A DNA stretch of 64,000 nucleotides from Sphingopyxis sp. (GTDB lineage Bacteria > Pseudomonadota > Alphaproteobacteria > Sphingomonadales > Sphingomonadaceae), in assembly GCF_035998905.1 (NCBI RefSeq), contig NZ_DASYHG010000009.1, forward strand, positions 1 to 64,000, read 5' to 3'. A model generated the notes under the pieces. It did not search any database. It worked only from the letters and a program-made list of their open reading frames with translations, and had not been told where the DNA came from. Of this stretch, positions 1 through 10,156 are shown piece after piece. A program made the translations under genes and the position numbers. Positions within the stretch are counted from its first letter, which is position 1; every line of letters begins with the position of its first letter.

Positions 1-113
1 ACCAGCGCCGCCTCGTCGACATGCCCGAACGGGCGGTCCGCCATATACGCCGCCGACGGCGCACGCCGCAGCACATAAGCCTCCCCACCCCACGCGAACG
101 CAAAACTCTCCAT
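1..113 (-). CDS. partial CDS (N-terminus only, continues past the left edge); possible phosphotransferase/APH-like kinase family protein
   Basis: Minus-strand ATG at 113-111 is preceded by a GGGGG run. The 37 visible codons read MESFAFAWGGEAYVLRRAPSAAYMADRPFGHVDEAALV, which resembles the conserved YVLRR-P region near the N-terminus of aminoglycoside-phosphotransferase-like kinases. Too short to be sure. Confidence 0.3.
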   Translation of the reverse strand, partial: MESFAFAWGGEAYVLRRAPSAAYMADRPFGHVDEAAL

Positions 114-330
114 GTTCGCGCCCCCGGACAAGCGACACAGCCCCGACAGCTCCCCGGAACCCGCTACTCGCGACATCAAGGCACTCAATAAATCAGAAAA
201 TGACGTCATGCGCGGATCGTGCGGGCGATCCGGCGCGAGCGCAACCCGGCAAACGCGCCAGCAGGGCAGGCGATCAAGAAAATGCCAAAAGCGCGGCAAG
301 CTGTGACAAGGTCGGCGGACAGCCCGCCGC

Positions 331-1242
331 TTACATGTGGAACGTCACCGAGTTCAGCCAATAGGAGGCGATCGGGCTGCCCCCGGCATCGAGCGCGGGT
401 TCGAATTTGGCGTTGCGCATGATCGCCTTGCACACAGCATCGTCGAACGCCTTGGGCCGCGTCGATTGCTGGATATGGCACGCCGTCGGCTTGCCGTCGG
501 CACCGACGTTCAGCCGGAACTGGACGATCGCGCGCTTCCCCATCATCCACATATCGGTCGGATAATCGCGCGACGTCACCCAGTTTCCCGGATTGCCCTT
601 CGGCTTCACCTTGCGCGACAGCGCGGCGTGTTTCGCGACGTCGATGCCCCAGTGGCTGAGCAATTCGTCGGTGCATTTTTCGAGCGCCGCGAGCGGTGGA
701 CCGAGCGACCCGGTTTCGAGGACGAAAGGGTGTCGGACCGCGCGCTTGACCTCGATAAAGGTGACGGCCGCCTCTTCCTCGGGCGTGATCTCGCTCCATT
801 CGAAGTCGAATCGCTCGGCCTTGACCGATGCTTCATAGGCGGCAATTTCTTCGGGCGAGCGCGGTACCACCCGCACCGGACCGCGAATGATCAAGGTCGG
901 CGTCCTGTCGGAAAGCGTGCCGGGGTAGAATTGCACCTCCTGCTCGGTTTCGGCGGGTCCGAAACGAAGCCGTACAAGACCCTCGTTCATCCGCGTATAG
1001 GCCGGCTTGCCGATAAAGCTCAGCCGCAGCGCATCGCCGGGCTGGTAACGGTCGATCATCAGTACGACCTTCTGGTCGCCCTCGCCGAAGCTGCGCCCCA
1101 TGCGGCAGCTGTCATCGGCATAATGGACATTCCATTTGGAACTGGGTTTCAGCCGCAAGGGCTCTTTTGCCGTGCCCACGCCGGGCAGCGCCAGCGCCGC
1201 CAGCAAAACGAAGATCGCCCGATCGCGCCCTGTTCTCCCCAT
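331..1242 (-). CDS. secreted protein with a TonB C-terminal-like domain
   Basis: 303-aa ORF with an N-terminal signal peptide (MGRTGRDRAIFVLLAALALPGVGTA). The C-terminal ~80 aa (VQFRLNVGADGKPT...FDDAVCKAIMRNAKFEP...) looks like a TonB_C/energy-transducer C-terminal fold. No proline-rich spacer. Confidence 0.55.
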   Translation of the reverse strand: MGRTGRDRAIFVLLAALALPGVGTAKEPLRLKPSSKWNVHYADDSCRMGRSFGEGDQKVVLMIDRYQPGDALRLSFIGKPAYTRMNEGLVRLRFGPAETEQEVQFYPGTLSDRTPTLIIRGPVRVVPRSPEEIAAYEASVKAERFDFEWSEITPEEEAAVTFIEVKRAVRHPFVLETGSLGPPLAALEKCTDELLSHWGIDVAKHAALSRKVKPKGNPGNWVTSRDYPTDMWMMGKRAIVQFRLNVGADGKPTACHIQQSTRPKAFDDAVCKAIMRNAKFEPALDAGGSPIASYWLNSVTFHM

Positions 1243-1336
1243 GCACGCCTTCTTGCCGACATGCGTACATAAGGCAAGTACTTCAAAAGAAAGGGGCCGG
1301 CTTTCACCGACCCCTTTCCCATTCGTCGCACGAGGC

Positions 1337-2500
1337 TTAGCCGCGCAGGTGCACCAGGTCGTTGAGCAGGCCTTCGGTGCCGTTCGTCACCGTCAGTCGC
1401 TCGACCTTGCCCGCGATGCTTTCCAGCGCTTCGAGCTCCTTCAAACGAAGCATGACCGGGTTTTCGGCCATGACCTTCGCCGTGTTGAGCAGCGAGCGCG
1501 TGGCGTTCGTTTCCTCGCGCCGGCGGATGACATTCGCCTCCGCCTCCTTCTGCACCGCGACGACCTGATTCAGGATCTCGCGCATCTCGCCCGGCAGGAT
1601 CACATCCTTGAGCGAAATGTCCGAAACCTCGACCCCGATCGCCGCCATGTCGGCACGGACCTTATCCGCCGCGTCGGCATCGACCATCCCCTTCTGTTCG
1701 AGGATCTGGTCGAGCGTCAGCGCGCCGAGCGTCTTGCGGAAGGCCAGCTGCAGCGCTCGATAGAGCGCATCGGCGAAGTCCTTCACGCTCGACATCGCAA
1801 GCAGCGGATCGACAACGCGATACTCCGCGCTGATGTTGATCCGCAGCGTCACCCGGTCACGGGTCAACACTTCCTGCCCCGTGACGTCGAGCGCCTGACG
1901 GGTCAGATCGACCAGCTTCGCGGCAACCTTCCGGCCCGGGTTCCAATAGCCATAGGCGCCCGGCTCGAGCCGTTCGGTCATCCGCCCGTCGATGCTGACG
2001 AGCGCGGTCTTGCCCTCGTCGACCTCGACGCGCGTGACGAGCTGCGTCTTGCCGGCCTTCTGCAGCCGCTGAAGGAACTTCGCCTCGACCCGCGGACCCG
2101 CCGCGATGTCGACAGTCGTCGCCTTCCACGGACCCGCGTCGGTCCACAGGATCAGCTTGTCGTCGGGACCGAGAATGGTGTTGATGATTCCATCGCGTTC
2201 GATGACAGCAATCTCATTCTCGGCCGTACGGACCACCATCAGATGCGTCGCCGCATCGACCGGCAGCTTGTCGAGCACCGCTTGCTCATAGGCCGACTTG
2301 AACAGCATCTGGGTCAGCGCCTGGCGTTCGATGCGCAGCGAACCGTCGCGGTTCGTGAGCACATGTTCGCCGGCACCCAGGATGCCACGGACCTCGCCCT
2401 TGTAGAGCCAGATCGCCCGTTCATTTTCGTCGATGAGCACGCGCTTGCGGCCCATCAGGCTATCGATCAATTGCTTCATCATTTCATTCACCATTCTCAA
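1337..2500 (-). CDS. SPFH/band-7 (stomatin/flotillin-like) domain protein
   Basis: 387 aa. The central region reads as an SPFH domain and is followed by a coiled-coil-like EA-rich tail (AVQKEAEANVIRRREETNA...). Characteristic of HflC/slipin/flotillin-like proteins. Confidence 0.7.
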   Translation of the reverse strand: MRMVNEMMKQLIDSLMGRKRVLIDENERAIWLYKGEVRGILGAGEHVLTNRDGSLRIERQALTQMLFKSAYEQAVLDKLPVDAATHLMVVRTAENEIAVIERDGIINTILGPDDKLILWTDAGPWKATTVDIAAGPRVEAKFLQRLQKAGKTQLVTRVEVDEGKTALVSIDGRMTERLEPGAYGYWNPGRKVAAKLVDLTRQALDVTGQEVLTRDRVTLRINISAEYRVVDPLLAMSSVKDFADALYRALQLAFRKTLGALTLDQILEQKGMVDADAADKVRADMAAIGVEVSDISLKDVILPGEMREILNQVVAVQKEAEANVIRRREETNATRSLLNTAKVMAENPVMLRLKELEALESIAGKVERLTVTNGTEGLLNDLVHLRG

Positions 2501-2840
2501 TCTGCGCTACGTCACGCCGATTTCCTTTCTTGTTTGCACTTCACATATTGCCCGCAGCCCAAAGGGTCCGGGGATCGGCGGCATGGCGAAAGATGGACAG
2601 AGCGCGAGCGGGCGTTGCGGCGCCAGGGCGGGGATGCGCTGTTCGAAAACAGCGCGTCCCGACTCCGGTGCAGCGCGGCCATCACCGCCTGTCGGATCTT
2701 TCAGCATGACGTCCGGGAAAAGCCGGTCCCGCCCACCACCCAAAGGCGGCGTGCAGGCGACGACATTGCCCTTTCGCAAGCCGATCCCCGAGCCCCATGT
2801 TAAGGAACCAGAACCTAAATCTGGCGGTCTTTTCAGGACC

Positions 2841-2913
2841 GTTGTGGAGGGGGAATCGAACCCCCGACACCTAGATTACAAGTCTAGTGCTCTACCCGCT
2901 GAGCTATCCAGTG
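2841..2913 (-). tRNA. tRNA-Thr(UGU)-like gene with a defective acceptor stem
   Basis: Minus strand reads ...TA-GCTC-AGCGGGTA-GAGC-A-CTAGA-CTTGTAA-TCTAG-GTGTC-GGGGG-TTCGATT-CCCCC-TCCACAA-C. D, anticodon (TGT) and T arms are canonical, but the 5' acceptor strand CACTGGA pairs only 4/7 with the 3' strand TCCACAA. No encoded CCA. Confidence 0.6.
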
Positions 2914-2986
2914 GGACACCTAACGGGAATCGAACCCGCGACCTCCGGCTTTCGGGCCGGCGCTCTTGCCACTGAGCTATAGACGT
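2912..2986 (-). tRNA. tRNA-like gene (Phe-GAA or Ser-CGA-like) with a 6-nt anticodon loop
   Basis: Minus strand reads ACGTCTA-TA-GCTC-AGTGGCAA-GAGC-G-CCGGC-CCGAAA-GCCGG-AGGTC-GCGGG-TTCGATT-CCCGT-TAGGTGT-C-CCA. The cloverleaf is complete, but the acceptor has an A1:U72 pair and two G.U pairs. The anticodon loop is one nucleotide short, and the CCA end overlaps the 5' end of the neighbouring tRNA. Confidence 0.5.
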
Positions 2987-3119
2987 CATGGTCCCTGACC
3001 AACGTGGCGGCATCCGTACAGCGAACCGGCAGGGCCGGTCGATGCGGGCGGGCTTCGCGAAACCCCGATCCGTCGATGTCCGCCCCGCCGACTGGCCGGG
3101 GGACGGCGCCGTTAGGCCC

Positions 3120-3182
3120 GGTCAAAATATCGTGCAAGTAAAAAATAGCATATAAAGAACATTTTATATGGATTATTGTCTA
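3120..3182. other. about 60-bp strongly AT-rich tract between the cupin gene stop and the tRNA upstream region
   Basis: Sequence gtcaaaatatcgtgcaagtaaaaaatagcatataaagaacattttatatggattattgtcta, roughly 25% GC against a 66% background. Possible UP-element/FIS-like region for the tRNA promoter, or an island-boundary remnant. Confidence 0.4.
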
Positions 3183-4172
3183 TAAGTCGCCCCACGACAC
3201 ATAGTCTTCGACATGGGCGTTGGGCCGGCGGAAGCTCGTAAAACTCATGCTGGCGGACAGGTCCAGTGCTTCGATCTGATGCCACCAGCCGACCGGCAAA
3301 AAAATCGCCTCGCCCGGGCCGATGACTGTTTCGAGGACGGGCGGTACAGCCGAATCGCCATGACCCGCGGGCAGCGCTTCATTGCCCCAGTCGGAGAAGC
3401 AATGGCGGCTGTTGCGCATCCGCGCAAAGGCCCATGGCGGTGCCATCCGTACGCGTTTCCGGCCCATTACCTGCACGAGCAGATTGTTGGTGAGGTCGTG
3501 GTGCCAGGGCGTCAGCGTGCCGCGCGGCCCGAGCCAGAAAAAACCGTCGCGCGGACGCGTCCCGTCGAGCAGCGCAATCGGCGCCATATCGTCCCACAGC
3601 GGCGCCAGCGCCGCAGCGTTGGTGCCGCTGTTATAGGCGGTGAGGTAGATGTCGTTGCTCGGCGTGTCACCCCGCAGCCATTCGATCAGTTCGCCGAAAC
3701 GCACAAGCCGGCGGTGATCGTCCTTCGCGAGTTCGTAATCGGGATCGCGCTCGCGCTCGACCTGCGCCTCGACGACGGCGTCGCCCGCAACCTTCGCGAA
3801 ATGGTCGAGCGACCAGCGCGACAGCGCGGGCCAGTGATCGATGAGGCCGGTCAGCTTCGCGGGCCGGTTCGCTTCATAATGATGGCGATAGAAAGCGCCG
3901 GGACCGGGGTTGTCGAGCGTGTCGAGCGCAAAGCCTCCCTCGGCCTCGCGCGCCAGCCGCTCCTGATTGGTGAGCAGCCAGCCTTGCTTCGCCATCCGCG
4001 CGGCCTGCCGCCGCAGCATCGCCGCCATCGGGTCCTTCGCCAGCCGGTCGACTTCATATTTCGCCGCCGCCGCCGAGACACCCGCAGCGACGAGGCGCGC
4101 GTGGAGCACGGCATCGTCCTCGCCCGCCGCGAGACCTTCGGCAAGCAGGATGCGTTTGTCGGGTTGGGCCAT
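3180..4172 (-). CDS. JmjC/cupin-like Fe(II)/2-oxoglutarate oxygenase family protein
   Basis: 330 aa. The cupin core carries an HxD...H metal triad (PWHHDLTNN ... GWWHQIEAL), typical of JmjC/cupin_4/cupin_8 hydroxylases. The N-terminal ~100 aa extension has no recognisable domain. Confidence 0.7.
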   Translation of the reverse strand: MAQPDKRILLAEGLAAGEDDAVLHARLVAAGVSAAAAKYEVDRLAKDPMAAMLRRQAARMAKQGWLLTNQERLAREAEGGFALDTLDNPGPGAFYRHHYEANRPAKLTGLIDHWPALSRWSLDHFAKVAGDAVVEAQVERERDPDYELAKDDHRRLVRFGELIEWLRGDTPSNDIYLTAYNSGTNAAALAPLWDDMAPIALLDGTRPRDGFFWLGPRGTLTPWHHDLTNNLLVQVMGRKRVRMAPPWAFARMRNSRHCFSDWGNEALPAGHGDSAVPPVLETVIGPGEAIFLPVGWWHQIEALDLSASMSFTSFRRPNAHVEDYVSWGDL

Positions 4173-4225
4173 CGCAGATTCTCCTCGCTCCGCCCAAGGC
4201 TATGTCGATGACACTCCGATGACAA

Positions 4226-5530
4226 TCAGTCGCCCGCCGGCCCTTTGTAATCGGCGCCATAGACCGCGCCGCGGAAATCGCGATGGAGCGTGCCGTCATA
4301 GGGGATCGTCTGGACGAAGAAGACCGCGGTCAGACGGTTCGCCGGATCGACCCAGAACAGCGTCGAGGCCATCCCGTCCCAGAAAAACTCGCCGACCGCG
4401 CCGCGATTTTCCTGTGGCGTCTGCGGCGGCGCCTTGCGCACCGCGAAGTCGAAGCCGAACCCGACCGCGCCCTTGCCGGGGAGCCACGCGCGCTCCTTGA
4501 TCGCGGGATCGAGCTGATCGGTCGCCATCAGCTTGACGGTCGAGGGTTTGAGGATGCGCGCGCCATCGAGCTCGCCCGTGTTCAGCAACATCCGCGCGAA
4601 GCGCTGATAATCGTCGAGCGTCGAGGCGAGGCCGAAGCCGCCGGGAGTCAGCGCATGATCCTCGAAGTTGAGCTTGCGGGCGGTCGCCGCGTCCTGCTGG
4701 GTGAGCTTGCCGTCGGCCTTCACGTTCATTGCAGCGAAGCGCGGCAGCCGTGCATCGGGCTGGCGCCACGCGGTATCGGACATTTGCAGCGGTTCGAAGA
4801 TATGCGTGCGCACATAATCGGCGAAGCGCTGACCCGACAATTTCTCGACGAGCGCCGCCTGCACATCGACCGCGACACTATATTCCCACTGCGTTCCCGG
4901 CTGGTAGAGCAACGGCACGCGCGCGAGGCGCTTGCTCGCCTCGGCAAGCGGGATCGTGAGCGAAAGCGGCTCGGCAGCAACATAAGCGTCGTGTGCGGGC
5001 GTCGGCCCCGCGCCATAAGCGAAGCCAGCGGTGTGACGCATTATGTCGCGTACCGTGATCGACCGTTCGGCAGGCACAGTGCGCGGCTGGCCCGCCGCAT
5101 CCTTGCCCACATAGACGCGCATATCGGCATATTCGGGAAGATATCGGGCGAGCGGGTCGTCGAGCCGGAACTTGCCCGCCTCCCACAGCTGCATCAGCGC
5201 GACGCCGGTGACGGGCTTGGTCATCGAATAGATTTGCGCGATCGTGTCGCGGCGCATCGGGCGCTTCGCTTCGCGGTCGGCCATCCCCGCGGTGCCGAAA
5301 TAGACCTCGCGCCCGTCCTGCCAAATCAGTGCCGAAACGCCTGCGGCGCGGCCGTCGGCGATCATCGCCCCCAGCGCCGCATCGATCCGCGCCTTGTCGA
5401 TACTGAGCGTCGCGGCCGGCGCGGTCTGCGCCCGCACCGGTTCGGCCGCCGCCGCGAAACCGATGCCCGCCAACATCATTACCAGTGCCATTCGCTTGCC
5501 GCGCATATCGCCACTCCCCGTCCCGGACAT
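4226..5530 (-). CDS. secreted serine hydrolase of the beta-lactamase/transpeptidase fold (class C-related esterase/DD-peptidase family)
   Basis: 434 aa with a signal peptide (MALVMMLAGIGFAAAAEPVRAQ). Carries the SxxK active-site motif (IYSMTKPVTG) and an HTAGF motif typical of EstB/D-aminopeptidase/6-aminohexanoate-dimer-hydrolase-like enzymes. Confidence 0.7.
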   Translation of the reverse strand: MSGTGSGDMRGKRMALVMMLAGIGFAAAAEPVRAQTAPAATLSIDKARIDAALGAMIADGRAAGVSALIWQDGREVYFGTAGMADREAKRPMRRDTIAQIYSMTKPVTGVALMQLWEAGKFRLDDPLARYLPEYADMRVYVGKDAAGQPRTVPAERSITVRDIMRHTAGFAYGAGPTPAHDAYVAAEPLSLTIPLAEASKRLARVPLLYQPGTQWEYSVAVDVQAALVEKLSGQRFADYVRTHIFEPLQMSDTAWRQPDARLPRFAAMNVKADGKLTQQDAATARKLNFEDHALTPGGFGLASTLDDYQRFARMLLNTGELDGARILKPSTVKLMATDQLDPAIKERAWLPGKGAVGFGFDFAVRKAPPQTPQENRGAVGEFFWDGMASTLFWVDPANRLTAVFFVQTIPYDGTLHRDFRGAVYGADYKGPAGD

Positions 5531-5600
5531 CCGCCGGGTTCCGCGCCATCACATGGGATCGGGCGCGACAGGTCAACCCGAATAGGTCTGCAGCAAGGGG

Positions 5601-6941
5601 CTATTCGGTCGCAGCCGTTTCTTCGGCGCGACCTTTTGCCGCGGTCAGGCTGCCGTTCTGGACCAGCCATTGCGGATAGCCCGCCTGCACCGACGCCATG
5701 ATGCGGTCGATCGCCGCGGCGACCTCGACGCCCTCGGCCTCGCGGTCGCGCTGGACGACGACGCGGCGCGCCTGCGCGTCGACCAGCACCCGGTCGCGCG
5801 GCAGCAAGGCGCCGACCGTCAGCCCGGTAAGGATCGCGCGGCTATCCTCTTGGCGCTGTTCGAGCGCCGAGAGACGGCGATTGAGCTGTTCCTCGACCTG
5901 CACCGCAGCGTTGGTCTGTTGCCGGAGCTGGACGATACTGACGCGCACCTCGCGGTCGAGTTCGGCGGCGATCTTCGCCGCGAGCTGCGTATCGAGACGG
6001 CCCGCATAGCGATCGACCAGAACCACGCCGTCGACGGCAACCGCATCACGTTCCATCCGCACATTGAGGCTGTCGACGCGGTCGCTTTCGCCGAGCAGCG
6101 CGCGGAGTTCGGTCTGGACCACCGACCGCGCGCGCACTTCGCCGGCGAGGCTGTTGAGCGTCAGCGCGAGCGGGATCGAAAGAATGCCGAGGGTCGCCAC
6201 AATCCCGACCACCTGCATCGCGGTGTGCTGCGGGGTCAGCGACGGGCCGAAATGATTGAGCCGCGCGACGATCGTCGCAGCAAAGGCAATCGCGAGCGTA
6301 TTGGTGAGGAACAGCAAGGACGCGCCGAGCGCAAAGTCGAAGCGGCCCGTGGCGAGGCCGAAGCCGACGGTCGACAGCGGAGGCACGAGCGCGGTGGCGA
6401 TTGCGACGCCGACCATCACGCCCGACAGCTTGCGCATGATCGCATAGACGCCGGCAATCCCGCCGACGACCGCGACCCCGAGGTCGAGCAGGGTCGGCTG
6501 GGTCCGTGCGCGCAGTTCGGGGGTGACGTCCTTGATCGGCGACAGCCAGATAATCAGCATCGCGACGAGGATCGCGACCGCGGTGCCCGCGGCGAGCGTG
6601 ACCAGCGAACGGCGGATCAGATTGCTTTCCAGCGTCGCAAGGCCGAAGCCTATCCCCATGATCGGCCCCATCAGCGGCGATACGAGCATCGCGCCGATCA
6701 CAACCGCGGTCGAGCTTTGCAGCAGGCCGAGCGTTGCGATCATCGCCGCGAGGATGATGAGCAGCAGGAATTTCTTGTCGAGCCGCGCATCGCGCGCAAC
6801 GCTCGCCAGAATCAACGAGCGGTCGAGGGCGTCGTCGCCCTCGACCGCATCGTGATGATCATCGTTTCGCGCCGCCCGGCGACCGCCGGCATTGAACGGC
6901 GCGTCGCCCAGTCCGGGCACTCCGGGATGGTTACCGGCCAC
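5601..6941 (-). CDS. DUF389 family integral membrane protein
   Basis: 446 aa. The N-terminal half is multi-pass membrane ([44 protein letters not shown]...). The C-terminal soluble half is coiled-coil-like. The architecture matches the DUF389/TIGR00341 family. Confidence 0.6.
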   Translation of the reverse strand: MAGNHPGVPGLGDAPFNAGGRRAARNDDHHDAVEGDDALDRSLILASVARDARLDKKFLLLIILAAMIATLGLLQSSTAVVIGAMLVSPLMGPIMGIGFGLATLESNLIRRSLVTLAAGTAVAILVAMLIIWLSPIKDVTPELRARTQPTLLDLGVAVVGGIAGVYAIMRKLSGVMVGVAIATALVPPLSTVGFGLATGRFDFALGASLLFLTNTLAIAFAATIVARLNHFGPSLTPQHTAMQVVGIVATLGILSIPLALTLNSLAGEVRARSVVQTELRALLGESDRVDSLNVRMERDAVAVDGVVLVDRYAGRLDTQLAAKIAAELDREVRVSIVQLRQQTNAAVQVEEQLNRRLSALEQRQEDSRAILTGLTVGALLPRDRVLVDAQARRVVVQRDREAEGVEVAAAIDRIMASVQAGYPQWLVQNGSLTAAKGRAEETAATE

Positions 6942-6953
6942 TTCGCCTGCCGG

Positions 6954-7883
6954 TCAGATCTTGCCGGTCAGTTCGGGAACGGCGTTGAAGAGATCGGCGA
7001 CGAGACCGAAATCGGCGACCTGGAAGATCGGGGCGTCCTCGTCCTTGTTGATCGCAACGATCGTCTTCGAATCCTTCATCCCGGCGAGATGCTGGATCGC
7101 GCCCGAGATGCCGATCGCGAAATAGACCTGCGGCGCGACGATCTTGCCGGTCTGGCCGACCTGATAGTCGTTGGGGACATAGCCCGCATCGACCGCGGCG
7201 CGCGAAGCACCGAGCGCAGCGCCGAGCTTGTCGGCGAGCGGCACAATGACTTCTTCGTATTTCTCGCTCGAACCGAGCGCACGGCCGCCCGACACGATGA
7301 CCTTGGCCGAGGTCAGTTCGGGACGCTCCGACTTGGCGATTTCGGCGCCGACGAAGCTCGAAATGCCGGCGTCGCCGCCAGCCGAGACGGCTTCGACCGT
7401 GCCCGAACCACCGGAGGTGGCGGCCTTGTCGAAGGCGGTGCCACGGACGGTCAGGACCAGCTTCGCGTCCGACGATTCGACGGTCGCGATCGCGTTGCCG
7501 GCATAGATCGGGCGGGTGAAGGTCTTCGGACCCTCGACCGACAGGATTTCCGAAATCTGCATCACGTCGAGCAGCGCGGCGACGCGCGGCGCGATATTCT
7601 TGCCGGTGGTCGTCGCGGGCGCGACAAACGCGTCGTGGCTTGCCATGAGGTCGGCGACGAGCGGCGCGACATTTTCGGGCAGGTTATGACCGAAAGCGGC
7701 GTTGTCGGCGACGTGGACTTTGCCCACGCCGGCGATCTGCGCGGCTTCCTTGGCGACGCCATCGACGCCGCTACCGGCGACGAGGAGATGGACTTCGCCG
7801 AGCTTCGAAGCGGCGGTCACCGCGGCGAGCGTCGCGTCCTTGACGGCGCTGCCGTCATGTTCGACCCAAACGAGCGTTTTCAT
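6954..7883 (-). CDS. etfA: electron transfer flavoprotein alpha subunit
   Basis: 309 aa. The full-length translation ([11 protein letters not shown]...[13 protein letters not shown]...) is typical of EtfA. Its start overlaps the etfB stop by 4 nt (ATGA). Confidence 0.9.
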   Translation of the reverse strand: MKTLVWVEHDGSAVKDATLAAVTAASKLGEVHLLVAGSGVDGVAKEAAQIAGVGKVHVADNAAFGHNLPENVAPLVADLMASHDAFVAPATTTGKNIAPRVAALLDVMQISEILSVEGPKTFTRPIYAGNAIATVESSDAKLVLTVRGTAFDKAATSGGSGTVEAVSAGGDAGISSFVGAEIAKSERPELTSAKVIVSGGRALGSSEKYEEVIVPLADKLGAALGASRAAVDAGYVPNDYQVGQTGKIVAPQVYFAIGISGAIQHLAGMKDSKTIVAINKDEDAPIFQVADFGLVADLFNAVPELTGKI

Positions 7884-8629
7884 GAATGCACTCCCAGCGC
7901 TTTGAGCTTGGCAACCAGTTCATCGACATCGGCGACCTTGACGCCGGCCGAGCGGACGGGCGGTTCCGAAACCTTGACCGTCTTGACGCGCGGCGCCGTG
8001 TCGACGCCGTAGTCGGCGGGCGACTTGGTATCGAGCGGCTTCGACTTCGCCTTCATGATGTTCGGCAGCGAGGCATAGCGCGGCTCGTTGAGGCGAAGGT
8101 CGGTAGTGACGATCGCGGGAAGCTTGAGCTTCACCGTTTCAAGGCCGCCGTCGACTTCGCGGGTGACGCTCACGCTGTCGCCCTCGACGTTCACGGCGCT
8201 GGCGAAGGTGCCCTGCGCCCAGCCCGTCAGCGCAGCAAGCATCTGGCCGGTCTGGTTGTTGTCGTCGTCGATCGCCTGCTTGCCGAGGATCACGAGACCC
8301 GGCGCTTCGGCGTCGGCAATTGCCTTGAAGATCTTCGCGAGTGCGAGCGGCTCGACGGCATCGTCGGTCTGGACGAGGATCGCGCGGTCGGCGCCCATGG
8401 CGAGCGCGGTGCGGAGCGTTTCCTGCGCCTTCGCGGGGCCGACGGAAACGGCGACGACTTCGGTCGCGACGCCCTTTTCCTTGAGGCGGATCGCCTCTTC
8501 GACGCCGATCTCGTCGAACGGGTTCATCGACATTTTGACATTCGCAAGGTCAACGCCCGTGCCGTCGGCCTTGACCCGCGGCTTGACGTTGTAATCGAGC
8601 ACCCGCTTTACGGGGACGAGGATTTTCAT
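7880..8629 (-). CDS. etfB: electron transfer flavoprotein beta subunit
   Basis: Translation [23 protein letters not shown]... is typical of EtfB. I chose the ATG at 8629-8627 (GAGGAG upstream) over the ORF-finder GTG at 8662, which would add 11 non-conserved residues. Confidence 0.9.
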   Translation of the reverse strand: MKILVPVKRVLDYNVKPRVKADGTGVDLANVKMSMNPFDEIGVEEAIRLKEKGVATEVVAVSVGPAKAQETLRTALAMGADRAILVQTDDAVEPLALAKIFKAIADAEAPGLVILGKQAIDDDNNQTGQMLAALTGWAQGTFASAVNVEGDSVSVTREVDGGLETVKLKLPAIVTTDLRLNEPRYASLPNIMKAKSKPLDTKSPADYGVDTAPRVKTVKVSEPPVRSAGVKVADVDELVAKLKALGVHS

Positions 8630-8677
8630 AGCTTCAACAGCTCCTCTCGAAGAATTGTGCACTGCGCCATAATTGGC

Positions 8678-8689
8678 GTTTACGTAAAC
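8678..8689. promoter_or_regulatory. perfect 12-bp palindrome GTTTACGTAAAC upstream of etfB
   Basis: Seen directly in the sucC-etfB intergenic region, about 50 bp upstream of the etfB start codon. Candidate operator, or part of a bidirectional hairpin. Confidence 0.3.
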
Positions 8690-8742
8690 GTCAACCAGCA
8701 GTCCCTACTCCTCCCCCGCGGATGCGAGGGAGGGTTGGATTA

Positions 8743-9951
<1,209 letters not shown>

Positions 9952-10156
9952 GAGGTCTGCCGGGCCTTTCGACTCTGGAGCGGGGAGAAGTTTGGCGCCG
10001 CATAAGCACAAGTTCGCGCGCAAGGCTACCCCCGGGGTCCCCAGATATTCTTGCGCACCGCAAAGGCTGTCGGCGCGCCGGTCCGTCTTCGGGATGACGC
10101 CCCCGCCTCGAGCTGGTAACCGGGCAGCGCGGGGGATCGGGATAAGGGAGCCGAAG

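Noticed and set aside
206-213. TGACGTCA palindrome (CRE-like) near the left edge
   Set aside because: An 8-bp palindrome is expected by chance several times in 64 kb. There is no supporting context.
2507-2870. Short ORFs (90 and 62 aa, minus; and a plus-strand MTSGKSRSRPPPKGG... peptide) in the 350-bp gap between the SPFH gene and the tRNA pair
   Set aside because: There is no RBS, domain or conservation signal, and the composition is like intergenic DNA. This is more likely the SPFH promoter and tRNA downstream region. I could not recognise any structured ncRNA there by eye.
5670-8012. 780-aa plus-strand ORF (and similar long antisense ORFs at 21422-22804, 38391-40886, 42241-44112, 44615-46168, 54791-57259, 57874-59223 and others)
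   Set aside because: These lie antisense to well-supported conserved genes (DUF389/etfAB, zur, clpA, PQQ-ADH, glnA, addAB). Their translations are Arg/Ala/Gly-rich and low-complexity, typical of stop-codon-poor high-GC DNA. They have no family resemblance.
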